DNA of 34,874 nt from Candidatus Methanogaster sp. (GTDB taxonomy: Archaea; Halobacteriota; Methanosarcinia; Methanosarcinales; Methanogasteraceae), in assembly GCA_013572355.1 (NCBI GenBank), contig QBUV01000093.1, positions 1 through 34,874 of the forward strand, read 5' to 3'. This document shows, piece by piece, positions 26,290 to 34,266 of this stretch (its first letter is position 1; every line of letters begins with the position of its first letter). The notes beneath the pieces are model-generated. The model saw only the letters and a list, made by a program, of their open reading frames with translations. It did no database searches and was not told the origin of the DNA. The position numbers and the translations under genes were made by a program.

Positions 26290-26420
26290 GAGCTAAATAA
26301 TCTCCGATACCCTCTTCAAGCGAATATTCCGGATTGTAGCCAGAAGCGTCCTTCATCTTTGCTATCTCAGCAAGCGCAGGACTTACACAGTTCTTTATGG
26401 GATTTTCGATTCTGTACTTT
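26273..26420 (-). pseudogene. C-terminal stub of an NAD-dependent sugar epimerase/dehydratase
   Basis: ...AEIAKMKDASGYNPEYSLEEGIGDYL* resembles the conserved SDR epimerase C-terminus (D.SKA...LGW.P..SLEEGL). There is no Rossmann or catalytic part upstream, and the ORF-track start lies inside the neighbouring gene. Confidence 0.35.
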
Positions 26421-26465
26421 TTTTGGGCACAACCAATAACCCTTTCGCCGCCACAATACCGAGTC

Positions 26466-27122
26466 ATGCTCCAGCGCATCTACGAACGCATATACGAGCA
26501 CCGACTGCGCTCCCGGATCAGCAAGCACGAACTACCAGTCGGGCTCACGCTTGCGCTTACAGAGAGCGATCTCCTTGCACCGGGTGGGGCTAAACAACTG
26601 CGATCTTTTGTCTCGTGGTGCGCAGATCTCGGCATCGGATCGCTCATCGTATACATCGCTGTGATCGCGGATGGACCCCTGCGAGAGGATGTGGCTTCGC
26701 AGATCATCGACAGACTTGCGAGGACCGATCTGATCGCAAGGATATACACAAAAGACGATCAGGGGTTAAGGACGATTCCGATCGGAAAGGGGCGTCCGGA
26801 GGTGAAACTCGATATCTCGATCGGGTATGGCGGGAAACTCGAACTCACCGATGCGATAAGGACCATTCTAAGGAGCGTGGAGCGTGGAGAGATCGATTAT
26901 GAGGATATCAATTCGGATATGATCGAATCCAACCTACTCTTCAGGCACAATCCTGACCTGGTCATCCGTGCAGGTGGAAAGCACCTGACCGATTTTTTGA
27001 TATGGCAGACGATATATTCCGAATTGTATTTCACAGATGTGAATTTCGCTGATATGAGGCGGCTGGACTTCTTAAGGATCATGCGGGACTACCAGAAGCG
27101 CCAGCGGAGATACGGGCGATAG
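26466..27122 (+). CDS. cis-prenyltransferase (UPP synthase) family protein lacking the catalytic N-terminal motif; NgBR/Nus1-like accessory subunit candidate
   Basis: The ORF was trimmed to ATG 26466. 218 aa. The C-terminal two-thirds are clearly UPPS-like (SIGYGGKLE, PDLVIRAGGKHLTDFLIWQTIYSELYF, YQKRQRRYGR). The position of the HxAIIMDGNxRWA motif reads VGLTLALTESDLL instead. Confidence 0.78.
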   Translation: MLQRIYERIYEHRLRSRISKHELPVGLTLALTESDLLAPGGAKQLRSFVSWCADLGIGSLIVYIAVIADGPLREDVASQIIDRLARTDLIARIYTKDDQGLRTIPIGKGRPEVKLDISIGYGGKLELTDAIRTILRSVERGEIDYEDINSDMIESNLLFRHNPDLVIRAGGKHLTDFLIWQTIYSELYFTDVNFADMRRLDFLRIMRDYQKRQRRYGR

Positions 27123-27137
27123 GGTGGGAATGATCGA

Positions 27138-28682
27138 TCACGCAAATTTGACCATCTTCGTGCCAAGCGTCGCAAGATCGACGATCGTTGCATGTGCCGG
27201 CACAGGATCGAGGTTCATCCGCTTCTGAAAATCGGTCTGGGACTGCCATGTTCCGGAATTGACCACGGTAACGCCTTTGTAGTGGTCGATACCGATGGTA
27301 TGGACATGCCCGCAGTGGAGGATGTGCGGCACCCGGTCGATCACGAAATGATCCGAGTTCTCAGGCGCAATCGATACCCTGCCGCCGTACATGGGCGCAA
27401 GATGCCTGCGCTTGAGCATCTCGATCATGACCAGCTCCGGACGCTGGTAACTCATCTTCGGGATGGTTGCGATCAGGTCATCCATCGAGCGTCCGTGGTA
27501 TATCAGGATCCGTACACCGCGGATCTCAACAAGCGCGGGATTGCCAGTGAAGATCACATCACCAGAGAACATCGACCTGATCTTTTCGGGTAGCGCTGGC
27601 TGCGGTTCTGCCAGTCTCACCGCATCGTGGTTGCCGGGCGCTATTATGATCCTGATATTCTTTGGAACCCTTCCGAGATACTCCGCCGCAGATCGGTACT
27701 GGTCGTAGACATCAGGGATCTCCAGTTCAGACTCCTGGCCCGGGTATATCCCGACCCCGTCCACGAGATCGCCTGCTATTATCAGGTACTGCACCGGCAG
27801 AGAGCCATCCCCGAGCCAGTCGATGAAATCAGAGAACGCGTCCTTAAGAAACGTGTCGCTTCCGATATGCACGTCTGAAATCAGGACTGCGCAACCAGCC
27901 CCGCCGTCCCCATTCCCGTGTTCACTGCCGTTACCGTTAATGCCCTGTCCTCCGGACCGTGGCATCGATGAAAATCGCTTGTGGCGATTTCCATTATCCG
28001 GGAGCGTCTGGTTGTACCTGTTCGGCAGATCCGGCAGCACGATGCTCTTCACGATCATCAGATGCCCATCTCTGGTGAGCGAGCCTGTAACCCCGATCAC
28101 CTCATCATGAACGATGCCGGATGCGGTAGCCCATATATCGCGATCGGATGGGCGAACCAGCACAGGGAACGAGCCGGTAGGATCCTCGATCTCCAGCAGT
28201 TTGTTGCCGTTTGATGTCGTCCTGACATCAGAGACCATGCCGATTATCGAGACGCTGTCATACTCCCTTCCGCTGTGCCTCACGCGCAGCGACTCGATCG
28301 GGCGCGCTGTAATCCGCCCCCTGATGATGCCGCTTAACCGCGTGTAACGATCGCGGAAGTATCGCACAAACTCAGAGTATTCGCCAACGCACGTCGATTC
28401 ATTGCTGATATCCGAGAGTATGTTCACTGCCGGCGCATCGGCTGGTTTCGATAATTTTTCTGCTAATTTCTCCGCCAATTTATCTGCCGGCTTTTCAGGA
28501 ATCCTTGCGTCATCGAGGTTGATATGCTCCCTCTCCACCACAAGCACCGAATCATCAAGCGATTGCAGCACCTTAGAAACGATCGTACCAGGCGCGCTGT
28601 ACGAGCCAATCAGCGCGACCGCATCCGGACTGACCTGGTATCCCGCATTCGCAAACTCCTCAACTATCAGTGACTCCTGCAT
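27138..28682 (-). CDS. DNA polymerase II (PolD) small subunit DP1
   Basis: 514 aa. It has an N-terminal DP1 domain, an OB region (VSIIGMVSDV...KLLEIEDPTGSFPVLV) and calcineurin-like phosphoesterase motifs ISDVHIGS, AGDLVDG, GNHD and CGHVH. Confidence 0.93.
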   Translation of the reverse strand: MQESLIVEEFANAGYQVSPDAVALIGSYSAPGTIVSKVLQSLDDSVLVVEREHINLDDARIPEKPADKLAEKLAEKLSKPADAPAVNILSDISNESTCVGEYSEFVRYFRDRYTRLSGIIRGRITARPIESLRVRHSGREYDSVSIIGMVSDVRTTSNGNKLLEIEDPTGSFPVLVRPSDRDIWATASGIVHDEVIGVTGSLTRDGHLMIVKSIVLPDLPNRYNQTLPDNGNRHKRFSSMPRSGGQGINGNGSEHGNGDGGAGCAVLISDVHIGSDTFLKDAFSDFIDWLGDGSLPVQYLIIAGDLVDGVGIYPGQESELEIPDVYDQYRSAAEYLGRVPKNIRIIIAPGNHDAVRLAEPQPALPEKIRSMFSGDVIFTGNPALVEIRGVRILIYHGRSMDDLIATIPKMSYQRPELVMIEMLKRRHLAPMYGGRVSIAPENSDHFVIDRVPHILHCGHVHTIGIDHYKGVTVVNSGTWQSQTDFQKRMNLDPVPAHATIVDLATLGTKMVKFA

Positions 28683-28930
28683 TGCTCTCTACTTGGGATG
28701 TTCGGGAGATAAAACTTTATGTGGCGTGTCGGCATCACGAGATTATACTGATCCGCGTCATCCGGGTTTTCCGGTGCAGGAGCGGCGGGCGCTGGCTTTT
28801 ACTCGATTATCAGCAATATCTCAAAGCCGCCGGGGTGACGATCTCATCATGCGGTGCCGGTTCGAGACTTCGATTTTTCCGGATATTTAAAACCCGAAAC
28901 ATCCGGGTGAGATCCGACCCCGGACCGCCA

Positions 28931-30424
28931 CTACATAAACGCAAAACCTTTCGGCAGTTCGCCTACGATCTCCTTAAACGATTCCGGCCAGTTCTCGTAA
29001 TCAAGCCCCTTCTGCGCAAAGAACGAGCTCGCCCAGCGCTCAAGCCCGACTCCGGAACATCCGCTCCACAGTTCATTCCCGCTCTGGGACTTCACGTTGA
29101 ATCCAGTCGGATATTTGTCTCCGTTCACGCTCACGTTCTGGAATTCAAGCCAATCGTCGCGGTACGGCATGAACGATTCGTAATCGGTCGTCCCGACCTT
29201 CTCGTTCCCAGTGGTTCCGGTCAGACCCTCCTGCGCCATGAACCACGGCGTAACCCACGCCTTCCGCCACGTAAGTTCGAGTATCTCCTCAAATATGTAC
29301 TTATACCGCTCATGGATGCGCTCCGCCTCCTCTACGACCTGCTCCGGCGTCCCCACCCATACGATCTCGATCCTGTGGAACTCGTCCACCCGCTCGATGC
29401 CATGGATGCCGCCGCTCTCGTACCGGTGCGACGTCCCTGAACGATCGAATACTTGAAGCGGAAACGTGTCATCCGCGATCGTCCTTCCCTGCAGGAAGGG
29501 CCAGAACGGCGGGCACTGGGCATAGCATAGCCCTCCGATCGGCTTATCGATCTTCTCCGCGATCAGGTCGAGCGGAATCTCGTGGGTGACCTTGTAGTAG
29601 TCAGAAACCTCCTCCCAGAAGTCAGGATCCCTTGTTTTTGGCGGACAGACGTAGTAGATCTCAGGATAAACTCCTTTCGCATGTCCCGACTTCTTCCAGA
29701 CATCCCATGTCACGAGTTTCGGGAAAATCATCTCCTGGTATCCGAGAAAATCGAGAACCTCTTCTTTTACGATCTGTTCAAACGTGCGAAAGATTCTGGT
29801 CGCCTCAGGACCGTATATCCACTGCCCGCGGGATGCTCCATGTTTGATCCAGTTCCGCTTGACCAGTTCCGGCGTCGGGTCTTCACCGGATAAAATGGGC
29901 TTCTCCGCGCTTTCCCAGAGCAGGTTCCAGTGCTCTTCCTTCCCGCCATAGCTCTCTGCCGCGATCTTATCCATGATGAGCGTGATGATCCGATCAGGTA
30001 TCCTGTTCTGGATCTCGGACTCCCCGATCTCCATTTCGATGGTGATCTCGTCGCCATCAAACTCCATATTCGAGACGTAAGGGATTTTTTCTGCTTTGAC
30101 TGGATTTTTTGATGGTATCTTCGCAACGTAAGACTCGATCTCGATGCCCCTGATCCCTATGCGGTATTTCTTTCCAAGAAGGGTTGCAAGAGGTTTTTTC
30201 AACCTTAGAATCGCATCGTGGGCGCGTACGTACTGGTCCGACTCGATCTCGACCCTGATCTTCTGATCTTCGATCCGGAAGTTAAGTATTCTTGCGCCCT
30301 TCCCTTCTGGCGCGCCCTTTGTCAGCAACGTCTCGTTCGCCTCGCTTACGAGGGCTGATATTTCAGCATCTGCCTGACCTGCGGGTGCGCTCGTGTTGAA
30401 GTTACCGATCAGATGAAAGTACAT
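28931..30424 (-). CDS. serS: seryl-tRNA synthetase, methanogen (type 2) form
   Basis: 497 aa. Class II motifs are [31 protein letters not shown] and [10 protein letters not shown]. The large globular N-terminal domain replaces the bacterial coiled coil, as in the atypical methanogen SerRS I recall. Confidence 0.9.
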   Translation of the reverse strand: MYFHLIGNFNTSAPAGQADAEISALVSEANETLLTKGAPEGKGARILNFRIEDQKIRVEIESDQYVRAHDAILRLKKPLATLLGKKYRIGIRGIEIESYVAKIPSKNPVKAEKIPYVSNMEFDGDEITIEMEIGESEIQNRIPDRIITLIMDKIAAESYGGKEEHWNLLWESAEKPILSGEDPTPELVKRNWIKHGASRGQWIYGPEATRIFRTFEQIVKEEVLDFLGYQEMIFPKLVTWDVWKKSGHAKGVYPEIYYVCPPKTRDPDFWEEVSDYYKVTHEIPLDLIAEKIDKPIGGLCYAQCPPFWPFLQGRTIADDTFPLQVFDRSGTSHRYESGGIHGIERVDEFHRIEIVWVGTPEQVVEEAERIHERYKYIFEEILELTWRKAWVTPWFMAQEGLTGTTGNEKVGTTDYESFMPYRDDWLEFQNVSVNGDKYPTGFNVKSQSGNELWSGCSGVGLERWASSFFAQKGLDYENWPESFKEIVGELPKGFAFM

Positions 30425-30448
30425 GGGATTATGATTTGTGGATGAATC

Positions 30449-30456
30449 TAATTAAA
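30449..30456 (-). promoter_or_regulatory. candidate TATA box for serS (leaderless-type spacing)
   Basis: The minus strand reads TTTAATTA, centred about 28 nt upstream of the serS ATG at 30424. Confidence 0.35.
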
Positions 30457-30504
30457 TTCTTTCTCTGTCTTGGGGCTGGAATGTATCCGCCGGCTCTGCA
30501 AGAC

Positions 30505-31776
30505 TCACATCCCGGCTGGAAGACCGTACGCATCGGTCTCATCGAAGCAGTAGCAGACCTTCTGGTACCCGCCCTTCAACTCGATCACATCGTTTCTGAC
30601 GCTTTCAGGCGATTCGGAGTCGAGCACGATCCGTTTGAAGAAATCCGCGATCGCATCCATCTCTGACGTACCCATCCCGATGCGGGTCAGTTCTTGAGTC
30701 CCGATCCTGATTCCGGACGGCTCGTCTGTGACGCTGACCGTATCTCCCGGCAGAAGATTCTTGTTTACGATGATGTTTGCCTCTTCGAGCTTTGTTGCGG
30801 CTCTGGTGCTGCCGCCAACCTTCGTTACATCGACTGCAACCTGATGCGACTCTGTAAACCCGTACGGCTCGCAAAGAACGTCGAATCCACGCTCATACAG
30901 TGCCTGCGCAAGCGATTTTGCGTTTGCGATCACGGCAGATGCGTAATCCTCGCCAAACTCGATCATCTCTGCAAGCGAGACCCCGAGTCCTGCAAGATGG
31001 TGCAGATGGTGGTTGCTCACTGTGCCAGGAAAGACCGCTTCATCGATCCTATCTGAAAGTTCCTCCTTGCACATAATAATCGCGCCCTGCGGTCCCGGAA
31101 ATGTCTTGTGTGTGGATCCGGTAACCACTTCCGCGCCCTCACGAAGCGGATCCTGAAACTGTTTTCCTGCGATGAGCCCGAGCACATGTGCGCCGTCATA
31201 GACAAGCGTTGCTCCCACTTCGCGGGCAGCATCAGCCGCCTCCCGAACAGGATGCGGGAATAGGAAGAGACTTCCCCCGAGAAGCACGATACGTGGCTCC
31301 ACATCCCTGATCATGGCAGTCATGCGGTCGGGATCGATGTTCATGATCTCGGGATCGAATGGATGCGGCATCACGCGAAGTCCCCTGACACCGGCAGCAG
31401 AGTACTGTACGTGGCTGATGTGCCCGCCGTACGGAACATCAAGTGACATGATCGTGTCTCCCGGCTTTGCGAGTGCAAAAAAAGCGGCGATGTTCGCGCC
31501 TACGCCTGAGGTCGGCTGCACATTGACATGCTCTGCCCTGAAGAGTTCCTCTGCGAGTTCGATCGTCTTTGCCTCGATCTCGTCGATGTATTTGCAGCCC
31601 TGATAGAACCTGTGCCCGACTACGCCCTCTGCATACCGGTGAGCAAGATCGCTTGCCGCAAGCATCCGCACCTTCCGGCTCGTGAGGTTGTTGCTTGCGA
31701 TCATCGGGAGGGAGTCGCGGTACCAAGTATGGTGCGCCTCTGTGGCACGCATGATGAGATCGATATCGGCATTCAT
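30505..31776 (-). CDS. glyA: serine hydroxymethyltransferase
   Basis: The ORF-track entry was trimmed to ATG 31776 ([30 protein letters not shown]). 423 aa. PLP-lysine motif [13 protein letters not shown]. The discarded 65-codon extension is Cys/Phe-rich, looks non-protein-like and overlaps the divergent promoter region. Confidence 0.92.
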   Translation of the reverse strand: MNADIDLIMRATEAHHTWYRDSLPMIASNNLTSRKVRMLAASDLAHRYAEGVVGHRFYQGCKYIDEIEAKTIELAEELFRAEHVNVQPTSGVGANIAAFFALAKPGDTIMSLDVPYGGHISHVQYSAAGVRGLRVMPHPFDPEIMNIDPDRMTAMIRDVEPRIVLLGGSLFLFPHPVREAADAAREVGATLVYDGAHVLGLIAGKQFQDPLREGAEVVTGSTHKTFPGPQGAIIMCKEELSDRIDEAVFPGTVSNHHLHHLAGLGVSLAEMIEFGEDYASAVIANAKSLAQALYERGFDVLCEPYGFTESHQVAVDVTKVGGSTRAATKLEEANIIVNKNLLPGDTVSVTDEPSGIRIGTQELTRIGMGTSEMDAIADFFKRIVLDSESPESVRNDVIELKGGYQKVCYCFDETDAYGLPAGM

Positions 31777-31937
31777 TGTTGGTGTTATGTAAGAACCACA
31801 ACCACTTAAATACGTTCTGGCTTCGCCGCTGTTCACTTTCGCAGGCAGGCATCGATCCCACCGCGTAAAGCCGGCGGCACAGATGACCGAAAGCCTTATA
31901 TAACGAAGTATCCTCGTACATCGAAAGGAGGTATTAA

Positions 31938-32501
31938 ATGAACAGAAAGACAACCACAATAATAGTAACACTGGCAGCAGCCCTGCTGTTTTCGACGGTT
32001 GGGATGGCGAGCGCGGTGATGATCGACGGTCACAATATAACCTTCATCAACCACACCTACGATGAGGGTACAGACACCTCGACATGGTGTTACAATGTGA
32101 CTTCTGGTAGCAGCGCAGCGTTGAGTAACTGGATTATATGCTGGTGCAATGAGAGTGCCATCGCAGGCGCTTCCGAAACTTATGAATATAAGAATATGAC
32201 GAACCCCGATCCTAACATGGGGATGTTCGGAATAAAATTTACTCAGGGCTATGGGGATTACGAAAGCAGGGCGGTCTGCTTTACACTGCACGGCAATTAC
32301 TCAGAAGCGTTGATCGAAGTTGGTATAAAAGAGGGTAATGATAATGCTGATGATGGTAAAGTAGGCTACGGCTGGGTAACAGGTCCCGCAGACTACATTG
32401 GATGCCCAGAATGCATCGTTCCGGAACTGAGCACATTGGCCCTCGTCTCGGTTGGGCTGCTCACGCTGGTAGGATATTTCACGCTTAGACGGAAGGACTG
32501 A
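31938..32501 (+). CDS. secreted protein with a PEF/PEP-CTERM-like C-terminal sorting signal
   Basis: 187 aa. N-terminal signal peptide (VGMASA). The C-terminus is [27 protein letters not shown], that is a P-E-x motif, a TM helix and a basic tail. AAAGGAGG SD lies 6 nt upstream, and CTTATATAA lies about 35 nt upstream. Confidence 0.72.
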   Translation: MNRKTTTIIVTLAAALLFSTVGMASAVMIDGHNITFINHTYDEGTDTSTWCYNVTSGSSAALSNWIICWCNESAIAGASETYEYKNMTNPDPNMGMFGIKFTQGYGDYESRAVCFTLHGNYSEALIEVGIKEGNDNADDGKVGYGWVTGPADYIGCPECIVPELSTLALVSVGLLTLVGYFTLRRKD

Positions 32502-32533
32502 AGGGGCAACCGCGCCTCTTCCCTATTTTTTTT
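32500..32533 (+). terminator. hairpin plus T8 terminator
   Basis: GAAGGGGC-aaccgc-GCCTCTTC forms 8 bp including one G-U pair. After 4 nt comes TTTTTTTT (32526..32533), immediately after the stop codon at 32499..32501. Confidence 0.5.
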
Positions 32534-32609
32534 ATATGCTAAAATCATCACTGATAGTCTTAACACCCTACCTGATCCTCTGCCAGCGCCGCAACTCCCG
32601 GATCAGCAC

Positions 32610-32617
32610 ATATAAAA
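32610..32617 (+). promoter_or_regulatory. candidate TATA box for the dehydratase small-subunit gene (leaderless-type spacing)
   Basis: ATATAAAA is centred about 28 nt upstream of ATG 32642, with no SD between them. Confidence 0.35.
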
Positions 32618-32641
32618 GGGTTGTAGTGGAAGCAATATATC

Positions 32642-33160
32642 ATGACACTGGAACCGATAACCGGCAAGGTGCTGCGGATATTTCCACAGGATACGAACAC
32701 AGACGAGGTAATCTCGGGAAAGTACAAGTACGACGAACTCGATCTTTCCAAACTCGCAGTTCACACCTTCGAATCGATCGATCCGGATTTTTACACCGAT
32801 AGCAAGCACACAGAAAACCCGATCATCGTTACGGCATCGAATTTCGGATGCGGATCATCGAGAGAGCAGGCGCCGCAGGTCATAGCGGCATGTGGCGTGG
32901 GTTGCGTGATCGCAGAGTCGTTCGCCCGCATCTTCTACCGGAACGGGTTTAATATCGGGCTGCCGCTGATCGAATGCGCCGGGATCGCGGAAAAGGTACA
33001 CAAGGATGATGAACTGCGGATCGATTTCGAGAACGGGTCGATTACGAACGTGACGACCGGAGAAGAGTACGGTTTCAGCCCGATTCCTGAATTCATGCAG
33101 GAGTTGCTCGATTCCGGAGGATTGCTGAGGTATCTCAAGGAGAAAGGGGGATACGAGTGA
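32642..33160 (+). CDS. 3-isopropylmalate / homoaconitate dehydratase small subunit (LeuD/HacB family)
   Basis: 172 aa. Aconitase swivel-domain motifs are NTDEVISGKY, NFGCGSSREQAP and FARIFYRNGFNIGLP. No large subunit is adjacent. Confidence 0.9.
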   Translation: MTLEPITGKVLRIFPQDTNTDEVISGKYKYDELDLSKLAVHTFESIDPDFYTDSKHTENPIIVTASNFGCGSSREQAPQVIAACGVGCVIAESFARIFYRNGFNIGLPLIECAGIAEKVHKDDELRIDFENGSITNVTTGEEYGFSPIPEFMQELLDSGGLLRYLKEKGGYE

Positions 33161-34068
33161 TCGACGATCCCTACAATGTGCCGTATCAGGCGATATATGC
33201 GGTCGGAAACGCTGATGGCAGCCTCGTTGAGATTATCGAGTTTTCCCGCTGCTACGGCGGCTCTGCATGGGCGCGGCACCATTACCAGAAGAGCCCCCTG
33301 GTGCTCGAGACGAAGGTGATCGGGAACACGATCAGGTATCTCTGCAAGACCGGCGAGTGCGATCTCGTGCTTGAGCCGTCGCGTGCAGCCGCGGGCATCA
33401 AATCCGTTGCAGTGCACGATGACGAGATCCGGATCACATACGCGGGTCTCGGCGGCGGCGGGGTCGGTGCAACCACCTGCCGTGCCGGTGCAAGCGGCGT
33501 GATCCGGTCCGATATCAGCGAATCCGGCGGCGGGAAGGTCGGGAGCGGCACGATCGTTCTCCCAGGACGTAGCCGGCTGATCATCGGGATCGATGACACT
33601 GACTCAAAGGAGGTTGGTGCGACTTGGTGTCTTGCACACAACATTGCATCTGCTGTCGACTGCGATGCTGCCCGGTACCTGTCCCATTCGATCGTGCAGT
33701 TGCATCCGGTGCCTGCGAAGACGCAGAACTGCGTTTCGACGGCTCTTGAGTTCGCATGTCTGGACGGTGGCGCAGAACGCGTGCTTGCCGAGATCCGCGA
33801 TCTCCTGATTGAGTATTCGGTTTCTGGTGAGACTGGCATGGTCTCGCTCTCCGGTTTCGACGGATCGATTCTTGCGGATTATGGGAGGGAATGCAAGACT
33901 AAAGTACTATTGCGGGAGTATGCTCTCGAATGCGCCAGATCTGCGGGCGCTCGTGTCTGGCTCGACGGAAACGGGATCATCGGCGCGCTCGGCGCGATCC
34001 CGTATGTCGCGATGCCTGACCGGTCGGTCGGGCTTTCTGAGACGAACGTGCCCGGCGAGTTGGGGTAA
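33157..34068 (+). CDS. TiaS/DUF1743-like domain protein; candidate methanogenesis marker protein 11
   Basis: 303 aa. The GTG start overlaps the upstream stop (GTGA). The internal block LIIGIDDTDSKEVGATWCLAHNIA resembles the N-terminal GIDDTDS motif of tRNA(Ile2) agmatidine synthetase TiaS. No OB fold or Zn ribbon follows. The size and context fit Mmp11 from memory, but this is unverified. Confidence 0.55.
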   Translation: MIDDPYNVPYQAIYAVGNADGSLVEIIEFSRCYGGSAWARHHYQKSPLVLETKVIGNTIRYLCKTGECDLVLEPSRAAAGIKSVAVHDDEIRITYAGLGGGGVGATTCRAGASGVIRSDISESGGGKVGSGTIVLPGRSRLIIGIDDTDSKEVGATWCLAHNIASAVDCDAARYLSHSIVQLHPVPAKTQNCVSTALEFACLDGGAERVLAEIRDLLIEYSVSGETGMVSLSGFDGSILADYGRECKTKVLLREYALECARSAGARVWLDGNGIIGALGAIPYVAMPDRSVGLSETNVPGELG

Positions 34069-34145
34069 AACAGATTCCATCTGGGTAAGTATATGCCAAA
34101 GCTGACACGAATACGGTGAAAAAATGAAATCAGTGTAATTTGCGT

Positions 34146-34182
34146 TAATCTGTGGCTAAAAACTTTTATCAGCCACAGATTA
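34146..34182. repeat. perfect 12-bp inverted repeat (hairpin) between convergent genes
   Basis: TAATCTGTGGCT, a 13-nt loop (aaaaacttttatc), then AGCCACAGATTA. A third copy of the core follows at 34193..34201 (CGCAGATTA). Confidence 0.55.
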
Positions 34183-34266
34183 TATAGCTGGACGCAGATT
34201 ATGAGTTATCTACGTAACGTGATGCCTATTCTAAAAAGTCATGCTCTGTTGGTATGTTCTATTCTT

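Noticed and set aside
28741-28930. 190 nt of unassigned sequence between the serS stop and the DP1 promoter. It has CATCCGGGT twice (28759, 28900) and a CCGGAT...ATCCGG hairpin, so I considered an ncRNA.
   Set aside because: The stems are short (5-6 bp) and the 9-mer repeat could arise by chance. A serS terminator plus a DP1 promoter explains it adequately, so it is not enough to call a feature.
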